Below, one piece after another: positions 40,534 to 52,099 of a DNA stretch of 64,000 bases. The DNA is from Diadema antillarum (taxonomy: Eukaryota). The translations under genes were made by a program, and so were the position numbers. Position 1 is the first letter of the stretch. Each line of letters begins with the position of its first letter. The notes beneath the pieces were generated by a model. It was not told the DNA's origin and ran no database searches. It saw only the letters and a list, made by a program, of their open reading frames with translations. The stretch covers positions 1,302,001 to 1,366,000 of the forward strand of contig NW_027270976.1 of NCBI RefSeq assembly GCF_040938485.1. Reading direction: 5' to 3'.

Positions 40534-41211
40534 TACTGTATACGCTATGATTTTCACGTACATAAATTTTCGCATATTGCCGCTATCACACATTTTCGCG
40601 AGTGGTTAAATTCGCGATTGGGGGACCAGAGAAAATATGAAGTGGCAAAGAAAGTGTGAATTTTCAACTTACTAGCAAATAAGAATGATACTAGTTATAC
40701 ACTGCATGAAAAAGACTTACCAAACTCTGCAAACTAGTAAGTTAGAATTCAACATTTTTGAAGTGGTTAAGTCCATCGCGCTAGATTTCTGACGAGTGGT
40801 ACGAGGGGTACGAGTAAATTCAGCGGCAACCAGCTGGTGCATGCGAAGCCCCGGCCCCTAAAGTTGACATGTAGCGGCATGCAAACGCAAGAGCTACACT
40901 TTGTAGTACTAGTTACATGTAATCAAGGGTGACACGCCGCGCGTTTGTAACGTTGTGGCGCAATGGATTGGCTCTCTACAGTATTCGTAAGTAGACGTGG
41001 ACATGCTATATGTACGTAAACAAGCTTAGCCAGTATGGTCTGTTCGGTAAGCCGTGACATGGTATACTAGTACTGAAATGTTCGTATCAACAAGGCAAGG
41101 GATTCATTTTGGAAGGTAATATTTTCGCGTGTTGTTAATTTCGCGAATAGCTCCCGACTCGCGAAATTCGCGAAAAATAAAACCCCCGCGAAATATATAG
41201 CGTATACAGTA
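40534..41211. mobile_element. Tc1/pogo-like MITE (CTGTA family), about 680 bp
   Basis: TIR tactgtatacgctat / atagcgtatacagta, TA TSD, subterminal ttcgcg motifs, CpG-rich interior. Confidence 0.8.
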
Positions 41212-41219
41212 TACAGTGA

Positions 41220-41421
41220 CATGACATTTGCTCCTCCGACAGTTGCTCTGGTCTTATTTTCTCTGAGAAATAGGGTTAGGGTTAGGGTTGTGATAGGGTA
41301 TTTGTTTAGTTTGATTTGAGAATTAGTATTAGGATTTGGATTATGTTTGAGGGTAGAATTTATGTTTGGCTTAGCTTGCAGATATTTCATTGGAGTAATT
41401 GTTGCAGAAGCAAATGTCATA
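41220..41421 (-). mobile_element. MITE with TAACCC-like core, copy 2 (inverted relative to 16293-16478)
   Basis: catgacatttgctcctccgacagttgctc...tagggttagggttagggtt...gcagaagcaaatgtcat; interior is the reverse complement of copy 1. Confidence 0.75.
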
Positions 41422-41593
41422 GAACCTAAATATACAGTCAGCTGAAACAAGTCTGCCATGCAGTTAACAAATTTGCAAGATTTGTCCACCATGCCTCTTA
41501 ATTTCAAACCCTGATCCAGAACGTCCTGAAAGAGAAGACCAATGATTTATGGCATAATGAGAATATAAAACTATTTTTTGTTTTCACTTTCAG

Positions 41594-41754
41594 ACAACTG
41601 GTGCACATGGCGTAGTGGCCACTGAGGAGTATGTTTTTGTTGCCTGTGACTCTGGAGTCATCCGTCTATTCAATGCCTCCACACTACACTTCATCGCCAC
41701 TCTACCCAGGCCTCACTATCTAGGGGTTAACGTCAGTGCTGGCATCGATGCAAG
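41594..41754 (+). CDS. WDR62/MAPKBP1: Exon 8 (phase 0-2): TTGAHGVVATEEYVFVACDSGVIRLFNASTLHFIATLPRPHYLGVNVSAGIDA(S)
   Basis: Acceptor cactttcag, donor AG|gtacag; motif LHF..TLPRPH.LG. Confidence 0.96.
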
Positions 41755-42143
41755 GTACAGGCAGCTTATCAGCCACCCCAGATACAGTGAATTATGATTG
41801 AGCTCAAAAACAGGTTGTTATTCCAAAGTTTGCCAAGTCATAATTTTCATATGGCATTGCACACAAATGCTAAGTTGATCCTGTATGTTTCTCAGAATGT
41901 CAAAAAGACATTGTCTGCCATTCAAATATCAAAGTACATTGACACTGCACTCTTTCTGTGAGAACAGGGAGACAAGTACATTACACTCTCAACCATATAT
42001 TTCTCATTTTACGAGCTGTCTCTACTCATATCCACACAGCCATTCATCTTACCCACCTCATCATATTTGTCTAATTGACCTTTTGTAATTCCATAATTGT
42101 TCTGAAAATAATTTTGGTCCATTTCATTTGGTAATCTCCCCAG

Positions 42144-42219
42144 CCACATGCTAGCACACAAGGACAATGCCAAGTACCCTGATGCCATAGCCATAACATT
42201 TGATGACATCAACAAGAAG
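42144..42219 (+). CDS. WDR62/MAPKBP1: Exon 9 (phase 2-0): HMLAHKDNAKYPDAIAITFDDINKK
   Basis: Acceptor ctccccag, donor AAG|gtgagt; matches ARYPDTIALTFD. Confidence 0.95.
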
Positions 42220-42668
42220 GTGAGTACAGCACACTATACATCTATTCAGTTTCAGCCTTTGCTATTGCCTGCACTTGAAGAGTGGAGAGTTTATCATATT
42301 AAATGGTATATTTCCTTTATTTATCTTGTGCTTTCTTTCCTTGTGTTGCTGTTTATCATTATGTATTTTGTTATTGGCACAAGAATAGGAGTACTGCTAA
42401 GTCACAAATTGTATTTGCTCATAATGTCGCTCTCATTTTATTGCATATTGGTCAATATTGGTACATGTACAAGGTATTTTGTTTTCCTCTATATCAAGAT
42501 GTTAGTATTCATTTGTCCTCTAAGGAACTAACATGGATACAAATTTTGTAATAGAGATGTATTATGGAAATAATTTGACGGAGAGCTGATCTGCACTCTC
42601 CATAGAACTCTTAAATGGTCTTTTGATGTCTTAGCAGTGAATGGAGTTTATGTTTGTCTCCCTCACAG

Positions 42669-42926
42669 TTGACCTGTGTGTACAATGATCACAGTCTGTA
42701 CATGTGGGACCTCCATGACCTGAGGAAGATTGGCAAGCAGTGGTCTTTCCTCTACCACTCGGCCTGCATCTTTGATCTGGATATGTACCCAGAGCTTAGC
42801 GACGGTAACCGGGCGGCTCTCCCAGCTGGGTCTTTCCTCACCTGCTCCTCTGATTGCACCATTCGGATCTGGAACGTTGATCCCACCATGAATACTAACA
42901 TCTACAAACGCAACATATACAGTCAT
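42669..42926 (+). CDS. WDR62/MAPKBP1: Exon 10 (phase 0-0): LTCVYNDHSLYMWDLHD...FLTCSSDCTIRIWNVD...YKRNIYSH
   Basis: Acceptor ctccctcacag, donor CAT|gtgagt; motifs CVYNDHS.Y.WD, YHS.C and TCSSD.TIR.WN. Confidence 0.97.
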
Positions 42927-42978
42927 GTGAGTGTCAGAGATCAAAGAGGGGTGCAGTTATTTCAAACACCACTACTAC

Positions 42979-43182
42979 TACAATGGACTTCCGTTTTAAC
43001 GAAGTCCTCGGGACCAGCAGTTTTCTTTCATTATATCGAAATTTCGTTATAACTGAACAAATAGACAATAAAAAGCAAAGAGAGGATAATGTTGTGGCCT
43101 AAATTTTTATTTCATTGTAACCAGAATTTCGTTATAACCGTGTTCATTATAACCGTGTTCGTTATAATGGGAACGCACTGCA
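42979..43182. mobile_element. Tigger/pogo-like MITE remnant inserted at the start of a CTA microsatellite
   Basis: ta|caatggacttccgttttaacg...cgttataatgggaacgcactg; repeated ttcgttataac motifs typical of Tigger-type TIRs. Confidence 0.6.
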
Positions 43183-43184
43183 CT

Positions 43185-43248
43185 TCTACTGCTGCTTCTC
43201 CGACTGCTACTTCTCCGACTGCTACTACTACTGCTGCTGCTGCTACTG

Positions 43249-43315
<67 letters not shown>
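43185..43315. repeat. (CTA/CTG)n trinucleotide microsatellite
   Basis: Long ctactacta run; source of the poly-T, poly-S and poly-V ORFs. Confidence 0.95.
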
Positions 43316-43651
43316 GAGGACTAAGGTGTATAGTATTGATATTAGACACCTGTGTTCTGTGTAATGTAGTTGTACTGAAACTTGGAAGAACACTTGTGAT
43401 AAGATTAGTGCATGATAATGATATAGTATTTTGATTATGATCAATTCAAAAAGTAATTTTCCATTGGCAGTTGCAGTCTTTTTGCACTCCCACAAGTTCT
43501 ATGCAGAAATCTTCCAGGAGCATCTGTAACCACTAGAGTGTGTTCAGGAGATAGAGATAATATTAGTAGGCCTATTTGTATTCTTTGGTGTATGAATGAT
43601 GCTGAGTAGTCTCGCAGAGTTCATGACCTCTGATGTTTATCCCATGTCCAG

Positions 43652-43818
43652 GAGCTCCTCAAAGTGCTCTATGTGGGTGAGGATTCCTTGGAGAGCCTGC
43701 AGGATGGAGAACCAAGCCAAGCAGGAAACACTGACAAGGTGGATACAGAGAAGGGCAAGACGGGCATCAGATGTGTGAGGGTCAGTCCTGATGGTCAAAC
43801 TCTGGCCTCTGGTGACAG
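43652..43818 (+). CDS. WDR62/MAPKBP1: Exon 11 (phase 0-2): ELLKVLYVGEDSLESLQDGE...GIRCVRVSPDGQTLASGD(R)
   Basis: Acceptor catgtccag, donor AG|gtgaga; matches DLIKIIYV...GIRSVCVSPNGQHLASGDR. Confidence 0.96.
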
Positions 43819-44862
43819 GTGAGATAACCATTGACCATCCTCTTGTCCTTTCATACGCATATATGGTCATGGCATGCCTTGCTGCCATCTGGGGCACTTC
43901 CACCATACACTACATAAAGTGCATAACACTGTGGGAAACAGCTATCGTATTTGCCACAGAATATCTGATTAAGAATTTAAGTATGTTGATCATATGATTT
44001 GTCAGAACATCAATTCAAAGTTATTATGGTATGACTATTCATTTTTTTTTTCATATATAAGACAGCAAGAAATGAAAACCTATTCCCTCCCTTTAACTCA
44101 TGTACGTAAATTCTATATGCCTTTCATTGTTGTTGTTTTTTTCTGTTATGAATGATAAAGAAATGTATAGATGATACCCCATGTCAGAGACAATGGCCTA
44201 GGATGATCTACCTACAGAGAATTTTATTTCCTCTGTACTACCTGTCATAGCCTTATATGTTATATGCTTGGCTGCCTAACATGTAAATGATTGAAATAAA
44301 ATCATGAGTTCTTTGCAATAAAGACATGTAGTTTGCCATCCATTCTGAGCATTGAAGTATTGATATGTACATAGTTCATGGCTATACACTTCACAAGCCT
44401 TCAGACCTTTGGCTTGTTATTGTCAAGGGTCCAAAGAATAGAACACGATAAAATGTGATCGATGTACCAAGAAGGTATGTGAACACATTGTTTGGAGAAC
44501 AGTGCCTGATAAGATTTACAATAGGCAACTATTTCTGCATGTGACAGATTAGATCTTATGAATATCTCATTTGCATGATATGTATGATATTATAATTTTA
44601 TAGTTCTAGACTTCATCTATATCTAACCCTCACCTTCAAAACAAACACACAGAGCAACAGAGTTTAATGTACACTGGAGTATGTTAAATGTGCTTTTCTG
44701 TACACCATACCTTAATCCCTGTACAATTCTCAGTGTACATCATTAACACACAATGGTGTATTTAGACCTCAAGGAAGGACGCGTACCATAGACTACATGT
44801 ACTAATTATAAATGGATTACTTTGAGTTATCTCACTGTAGCCTTGATATGACCTCTCCACAG

Positions 44863-44969
44863 GTCCGGCAACGTGAGAGTTCATGACCTCCAATTCTGGG
44901 ATAAGGTTCATGAGATAGAGGCTCATGACTCGGAGGTCCTGTGTCTGGAATACACACAGCCAAGTACTG
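44863..44969 (+). CDS. WDR62/MAPKBP1: Exon 12 (phase 2-1): SGNVRVHDLQFWDKVHEIEAHDSEVLCLEYTQPST(G)
   Basis: Acceptor ctctccacag, donor G|gtgagc; motif EAHDSE.LCLEY. Confidence 0.97.
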
Positions 44970-45577
44970 GTGAGCAGGTTTTGCCATACTTATTACCCCA
45001 CAGTGGAGTTTACCAACGGGTCCTGCATTCTTCATTTATTACATCCATATCTAATTTAAGAATCAAGGGTTTGCCACCATGTCCGTAATGCCAAGAGTTT
45101 ACCCAAGAGTTGAACCAAGAGTTAAAATATTCATACACATTACCCAGATGACCGAGCTGTGCTTATCAACACAACAGACACACAGATAGACAAACACAAG
45201 CACTGACGGAGACACACACAAGCACATATAATGTACCAGCAAATAAGTTTTATTTCTGTAATGAATTTCATTTTATGTAATTTTTTTATTTATTCTTATC
45301 TATTCTTGACCTGGATTAACATTGTTTAAAATTTAGCATACAATTTTGAAAACATAATCTCCCTTTTGTCGTTGAGTTAAGTAAATTGAAATTGCACAAA
45401 GTCTAGATTAATGCACTTTTATGACTTGAGAAATATAGTTGTGCATAAGAGTATTACTAATAATCAACTCATGAATGTTTTGTATTCTGCAGGCAATCAT
45501 ATTCCTAGTATTGGTGTTCATACATCTAAACAGGTTTCCTGATGACCCTCTTTATTTCCTCTGTCTCCCTATGGCAG

Positions 45578-45703
45578 GCTACAATCTTTTAGCATCAGCC
45601 AGTAGAGACAGGCTGATCCATGTCTTTGACATGGACAAGAATTGTTCTCTTGTTCAGACCCTGGATGACCACTCATCCTCCATCACATCAGTCAAGTTTA
45701 ACA
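45578..45703 (+). CDS. WDR62/MAPKBP1: Exon 13 (phase 1-1): [41 protein letters not shown]
   Basis: Acceptor ctatggcag, donor A|gtgagt; motifs [12 protein letters not shown] and TLD.HSSSIT.VKF. Confidence 0.97.
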
Positions 45704-46455
45704 GTGAGTTTTGCCTTCCACTTTTATCATCAGACCAATTTCATTTATTCACTATAGCTTCATTTTGACATTTGTTTCATGTAAATTTGCTTTGATACAA
45801 AGTGGTTCATTTGTTTTTCTTTGTGTAGGAGTGAGAGAGATTAGGACACTCTTGAAATCAATGTTTGGGGATATTTAGTGTCATGTGGCTTAGAATAGAC
45901 ATGTATGTAGGAGGTTCTGATACCAACCCCATCACAGATGAACCCATAGCATCGCCTGATACCCTTCTACATCTTGATGGAGTATAGTGATGTGGTTTGT
46001 GTATCACTTGGAAAAATTTTGCATCCCTGTATCGGCACAAACTCAACAATGCTAAAGTCATAGTCTGACATTTAACCCAAAGGCCTATACAATGCTATAC
46101 ATTCAATTAAATTCAATTCAAAGGTTTTATTTTCACTTCTTTCAACAGAATGTACAAAAAGTATAAAGTTGACATGCATATAGGTATATGCATGGCTTGA
46201 CATTAGCAGTGGTCCGGGGCCACAAAATTTAAACAAAAACAAAAAAAGAAATGATGTCTGGCCATCAAATCTTCAAAAAGACTATCTTTTGGTGGCCCAA
46301 TGAGGAAGCTAGAATTAAAAATGTTATTTCACACCATTACATTTCTTATTGGGGCCACCAAAATGTCCAATTCAAAGATTAATGTCAAGCCCCAATATTA
46401 TTTATAAATGGATGAGTTGGTAGGGAATTAATCATGGCTCATTTTTCCCTTTCAG

Positions 46456-46645
46456 AAAATGGAGAGCAACTCCAGATGATCAGCTGTGGAGCTGACAAGG
46501 CTCTCATGTTCCGGATGGCCGTCTTCAACCCAGACCTACAGTTTGTCCGTAACCACCATGTTGTGAGCAAGACTACCCTCTATGACCTGGCTATAGACAC
46601 TACACAGAAATACATCACCACTGCATGTCAGGATAGAAGTCTCAG
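46456..46645 (+). CDS. WDR62/MAPKBP1: Exon 14 (phase 1-2): [19 protein letters not shown]...[15 protein letters not shown]...ACQDRSL(R)
   Basis: Acceptor ccctttcag, donor AG|gtatgt; motifs [17 protein letters not shown] and CQDR. Confidence 0.97.
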
Positions 46646-47247
46646 GTATGTATTCTAAGCTCTGAGATTTCATAATTCTACATGGAGTGATCAAAAGTCC
46701 TGTATAGGTACAGTATCTACATAATGTCACTTTTAGTCAAACTATATTCTGATGTTAAATATGTGTACATCTATGATGGATAGCATTTATCAAAATAGCA
46801 ATCCAGCTTGTGCTTGGCTTACATCTGGCACAGTGTAAGAGTCTTTCATATGTGTAATTTGATTTGTGAAATATCTTGGTTTTTTTTTTTTTTTTTTTTT
46901 TTTAAATGAGTTTATTTACCTAAGTAGCATAAGCAACAATAATGGTCATACCTCATCATTACAAATGAATTGCAGCCAATACAAATATTTAATTCCTTTA
47001 AGAATGTAAGTAAGAATGTAATGTGCTTTCAGTGTGATCAGAATGCAGAATATATTGTATATTGAGAACAAAAGTTGAAAAGCCAACAATATTTCATCCA
47101 CATTCACTTCACCCACCCAATTTAATTCTGTGGTGGACAGTAACAAGTTGGGACATGCAATTCAAGTCAAGAATTGGACTTGTTAGAACAGACAGAATGT
47201 ATCCTAAATGTCTCCATGTATTGTTTATGTGTCCTTGTCTGTGTCAG

Positions 47248-47435
47248 GATCTACAATGTGGTGAGTGGGAAGTTAAAGAGGACATACAAAGGAGCCCAGA
47301 GTGATGAGGGAACACTCATCAGGGTAGAGTTAGATCCTTCAGGGATCTATGCTGCTACCAGCTGCTCTGACAAGAGTCTCTCGATCTATGACTTCTACTC
47401 TGGGGAGTGTGTGGCTACTATGATGGGCCACTCAG
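47248..47435 (+). CDS. WDR62/MAPKBP1: Exon 15 (phase 2-1): [62 protein letters not shown](E)
   Basis: Acceptor ctgtgtcag, donor G|gtgaga; matches [34 protein letters not shown]. Confidence 0.97.
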
Positions 47436-48344
47436 GTGAGATGGCGGTGTTGTCTGTAGTACAAAAAAAAATAATAATAATAATAATAATTTCCCTTCCT
47501 GAAATTTGATAACAATTTTATCAATGGATAAATATTATGAACAAACTGGTCTGTGATTCTATGTAATGAAATTGTTACAAGCATGATGTTTTGTATAGCA
47601 ATCACATCCAAAATGCATGGCAAATTGCTATGCAATGGTGGGAAAATCATTCCCTTACCAAATAGTCACCTACAGTATGTTGCCAATTTGATGATCTATT
47701 TGAGGAATAACTTCATAGAGTATTTGGCAACGATGTCTGGACATTCAGGAAAGTTGGGCTGACATGTTGAAGTCACACTGTGTACAAAGTTATCTGTTTG
47801 GTTGTCTTTACTTATCTATTCAAAGCTATTTGAGAAAGGCTCACCACCCTGATATTGCATGTCGCACATTATCTGTGAGAAGAGTAGATAATAGGCGTTA
47901 CTTACCACTTTGTATACATTTGACTCTTTGCCAAAGTCTTTTGTTTGTTCGTCAAAACAATGCCATGGTAGTCAAATCAATATTGAATAGTTATACTGAA
48001 TTACAATGATGCTACCCAACTGACATCATTACAATGACAAACTTGTGCATAATGTGATATTCCCCTTATCAGTGGAGTGCTTATTGGATCAGATAATCTT
48101 AAACCTAAATGTTTGTCTTTGTTCCATAACCACCTCATGTCAAACTGGTAGGAATGTTGGCTTGTAATGGAGGATATCACTTGCCTTTATTCCTAAACAG
48201 GTTGTTTCAATAGAAAACAATAGAGACACAAGGACAGTGATGTAATTTATGTCAGACCCATAGTGATGTACATGAATGTAATGTTTAAATGTTGTCATGG
48301 TCATACACTCTCAATAGATATTTTGAATTGTTTGTGTTAAACAG

Positions 48345-48408
48345 AGCTGGTAACAGGAATCAAGTTTACAAGTGACTGCAAGCAGCTGATTTCAGTGTCA
48401 GGGGATGG
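48345..48408 (+). CDS. WDR62/MAPKBP1: Exon 16 (phase 1-2): LVTGIKFTSDCKQLISVSGD(G)
   Basis: Acceptor gttaaacag, donor GG|gtgagt; matches [22 protein letters not shown]. Confidence 0.97.
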
Positions 48409-48794
48409 GTGAGTTTTGTAGTGGCTCAAAGATTCATTCCTATTTGCGTATTTAGGGAATTTTCTGTTAAAGTAGCTGCATTTAGTAAAAATCTTAGGAA
48501 GTGTGTTTTATTATCATCACAACAATGTTGATTGTGACTTTAGCCAATGTGGCAATAACTTCCTTCAAGCTTGTTCATTGGTTATAATGAGGGGAATTAA
48601 TTAGTGTCTTCTACTGAGAATGGTGTGTTCTTATGAATGTGTTGTTACATATGGTCAAGGTGATATTTTTAAACACTACTAGTTTATAATATGTTTTGAT
48701 GTCTTATAACATTATGTTACAGAAAGATTAACAATGTCATTCTAGCCAATACATTGATATGTTTTCAGTCATATACACCTGTTGTTGGTCCTCT

Positions 48795-48803
48795 ATAGAT
48801 AGG

Positions 48804-48858
<55 letters not shown>
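48795..48858. repeat. (GATA)n microsatellite
   Basis: atagatagatag run. Confidence 0.95.
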
Positions 48859-48970
48859 GCAAAGATGGAAACACACACGTATCACTTGCTAAAAGCCTAT
48901 CTGTCATGACACATGAAAGGCCCCCTAAACCTGTCATACACCCCCTGTGTCCACCTCACACCCTTAACAG

Positions 48971-49081
48971 GTGCATCTTTGTATGGAAGCTACCCTGGGA
49001 GCTGACACACAATATGAAGGAGAGACTGAGAGAGATGGGAGAGAAGGTGGTGGAGCCACCACCAGAGTACAACATCCTCAG
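48971..49081 (+). CDS. WDR62/MAPKBP1: Exon 17 (phase 2-2): CIFVWKLPWELTHNMKERLREMGEKVVEPPPEYNIL(R); end of the WD40 region
   Basis: Acceptor cccttaacag, donor AG|gtgagt; matches CIFVWRL..EMT..MRQRL.E. Confidence 0.95.
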
Positions 49082-49438
49082 GTGAGTACACCAGGAAACA
49101 TGATGCGTTTAGTGCACTTACAACAGTCAAAGTGTCAAATCGCAAACACAACACCTTGGGAAAATATCTGTTACCTCCTCATAAGCAAAAATATCTGTAC
49201 GCAAAACTAACAGCTTTTACAGTAGTCATTCAGTTCTCCATCGATTCAAAACTGATTCCTCTTGGATGAACATGGATCCCTTACACAGTAGCACAATCGT
49301 TTGATTATCGTGATAGCTGTAGCATCTTGCTACGATTTTCAAGTCCGACTATCAGTTTCCTGTCAAAACTTTTTACCCAGCCCAAGTTGCACATGATAGT
49401 ATGTGATGTTAGTAATGTATTACCCTTGTACCATGGCC

Positions 49439-49835
49439 TTAAAGGGGTGATATAGTTTTGGTTTAGCTGGGGCTTCACATTTCAAATGTTTTTATGATGA
49501 TTTTTTAGATAATGAGAATGAAAGAGCATTTGATTATAAGTATTAAAGGAATTAAAAGATGATTTGATGAAAATTGGTTTTGAAATGGCTGAGAAATCCC
49601 ATACAAAGTGATCCTAATGAAAGGTGAGACCCCCCTTTTATTAGGATCACTTTATTTTACTTTGTTTTTGGATATCACATCCATTTCAAACCGATTTTCA
49701 TCAAATAAAGTTTGAATTCCTCTTAGAATTGAATGCTCTTTAACATTTCATGAAGTGGTTTCCAAGTCTCTCACAAAAAGTTTTAGGCTGAATCCTCACC
49801 TCAACCAACACTACAAGTGTATACAATCCCTTTAA
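49439..49835 (-). mobile_element. Kolobok/T2-like palindromic MITE (~390 bp), family copy A
   Basis: ttaaagggg...atccctttaa termini; internal arms pair (aaagtgatcctaatgaaagg / ccttttattaggatcacttt); its reverse complement aligns with 58870-59259. Confidence 0.75.
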
Positions 49836-50004
49836 TGAAAACACCTGAGATTGATGGAACGACATCCTGTTTATAGAGTCCATGCAATCAAGGATTGTTC
49901 AATGGTAACAGGAAATCAGGCACGGTCATTATGAGCACTGCACAAACGTAGCGTGTTCATAATATGCAGAGATCTGACTACTTCCACTGAATCCTATTTG
50001 GTAG

Positions 50005-50162
50005 GAGAGGCACGTACGTCGTCCCACCAGACTTAACCCCAGAACCCAAGGCAGCCATCATCAACGCCTGGCAGGCAATGCATGCTGGGACAGAATTCAA
50101 GCCAGCCATGCAGTCAAGACCGGACACGGAGGATGAGATGGAAGAAAGACAACCTGATGAAG
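50005..50162 (+). CDS. WDR62/MAPKBP1: Exon 18 (phase 2-1): RGTYVVPPDLTPEPKAAIINAWQAMHAG...EDEMEERQPDE(G)
   Basis: Acceptor atttggtag, donor G|gtgaga; GC-richer open frame, phase-compatible with both neighbours. Little recognisable homology. Confidence 0.85.
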
Positions 50163-50873
50163 GTGAGAATTGGGCTGATGGAAGTAGTTTTGTGCATCAC
50201 TGTGAACAGAAGGCTGCAGTTGAATGTCATTGTTTTCAATTGTACGGGAAAGCATTTTATGTAATTACCTGTACAAGAACAGTGTATTTATATGACCTCC
50301 ATATCAATCTACAGGTATAGCACACTACTTTTGTATATTTAGACTTCAGTATATCTCACAAAGTTAAAAAACTCTTCTCAAGTAATCAACAGACTGTTCC
50401 AACTAGATCTTTCTATATAGCTATTGTTCCTTTTTTATGTGTTTCTTTGCTTGTTTCTTTGTGTGTTCATCATGTGGAATAATTTCTTTCACAATAATTC
50501 ATATTGATTTATACAGTTGTATATTTTGATTGAGTTTTACTGTACTAATAGGGCCTATTAGAAGTTCCATATCCAATATCAAAAGGGCAACTTTACTGCA
50601 ATAAAAGTGATATAGACAGAAAGATTTTTATGATTTCCCTCTGCTTTGTTTCAGTGGGGCATGCATATTGTTCATGTTGAATTTATTAGAACTGCAACAC
50701 AGTATGTTTCTGTATACCAACCAAATGAATAAGAGCTCTGCTGTATGAAGTGCAAGTGAGTCCTTTCGAGGTCTTTTTTTAGCTCACCTGAGCTACATGA
50801 CTCAAGGGAACCACTACAATCATTCACCATCTGGTTTCTGTTTTACGCAGTATTTTATCTCACTTCATTTCAG

Positions 50874-50944
50874 GTTCTTCCCCTGAGGAATGCAATTTTG
50901 ATGCTGGATTATTACCTCTCTGGGCTCAGAAGCAAGTCAACCAG
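50874..50944 (+). CDS. WDR62/MAPKBP1: Exon 19 (phase 1-0): SSPEECNFDAGLLPLWAQKQVNQ
   Basis: Acceptor cttcatttcag, donor CAG|gtatgc; LPLWAQKQ resembles the WDR62 LPLWAKR motif; phases fit. Confidence 0.85.
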
Positions 50945-51385
50945 GTATGCAGAGTTTATGTCTCTGTTACCCTTTACATGTTTTGTTACCAGATAAACAC
51001 ACTTTAAGAAATATGTAAGAGCTGATTATCAATTGTTTGCCATATCAATGTTTGTGTTATGTGTTGTCATTTTGTTTTGCTAGAGTTGCTGAACAAGAAT
51101 TCAAGAATGTATTTAAGATATCCCTTTCATGATATCAGAGATATTTGTCAATTTGTGTCAGAAAACTGCTCTAGAAGCTTAGAAGAATGTAAAATCGTTG
51201 ACCAGGTGTACTTAGATTTGGTGATTGTTGTTGTTTTGGGGCAGACATGTATACCAATACATACATGTATCATTATTCAAATCATGAATTTATGATAAGT
51301 CATGTGCCACATAATATATTGCATAGACACAGATAGGCTAGTACCTGCATTAAGTCATCTTATTCTCTTTGTCTGTTCTGTGTAG

Positions 51386-51539
51386 GAGACAACAAATGAG
51401 GCCCCTAGTCCCACCAACTACAGCAGTCCCACCCACCCAAGAGGGCGCTGGGCCCAAAACATCAACGATGGACCAATCAAAGTCAAATCACAGATGGAGA
51501 TGAATCAGAGCATTGAGCTCAGACTTGAGGACTGCTTTG
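51386..51539 (+). CDS. WDR62/MAPKBP1: Exon 20 (phase 0-1): ETTNEAPSPTNYSSPTHPRGRWAQNINDGPIKVKSQMEMNQSIELRLEDCF
   Basis: Acceptor ttctgtgtag, donor G|gtgggt; PRGRW motif as in MAPKBP1. The donor was chosen for phase compatibility with exon 21. Confidence 0.85.
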
Positions 51540-51791
51540 GTGGGTTGGATGGATGCATCAGTTCAAGGATATATTTATCTCCCTTTTCCCCCTCAATTTA
51601 TAATACCACAACTCTGAGAAATATTTGACCGCATATCTTGTAGAATTAGAAGTAGTAGTAATAGCAGTAGCAGTAGTAATAATAGTAGTGACAGCAGCAG
51701 CAATAAATTTGTAGGAGTGATATTAATAGTGTTAATAGTAATGGTGGGTGGTATAAGGCTTAACGGCGCACCACGTATTCTTTCTAGGGTA

Positions 51792-51868
51792 TGTGTTTGG
51801 CCCTGGAAAGGGCCTACCAAGTCCCTGGGACCCTAGGACTGGATAGGCCCTTTTCAGGGCCAAACACA
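51792..51868. repeat. 77-bp GC-rich hairpin (possible mini-MITE)
   Basis: tgtgtttggccctggaaagggccta pairs with taggcccttttcagggccaaacaca (1 mismatch in 25). Confidence 0.75.
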
Positions 51869-52099
51869 ATTTACATTGTGCAGTTTCTATGAAGCATATA
51901 TACTCAACTCGCATAACAGTATGATATAATCAAAAGAAAAACAACAAATAGATTAATAAGAAAGTAACACAATCCCATTCTTAATTGAAGATCTTACAAT
52001 ATAATGACATTATGGAATTAAATGACTAATAATTGCATAATCATAATTCATAAAGGATATCTGATATCTGGGAATCATGCAGATAATGTACTGAACTGT

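Noticed and set aside
43089-43495. Poly-Thr, poly-Ser and poly-Val ORFs
   Set aside because: Translations of the (CTA)n microsatellite.
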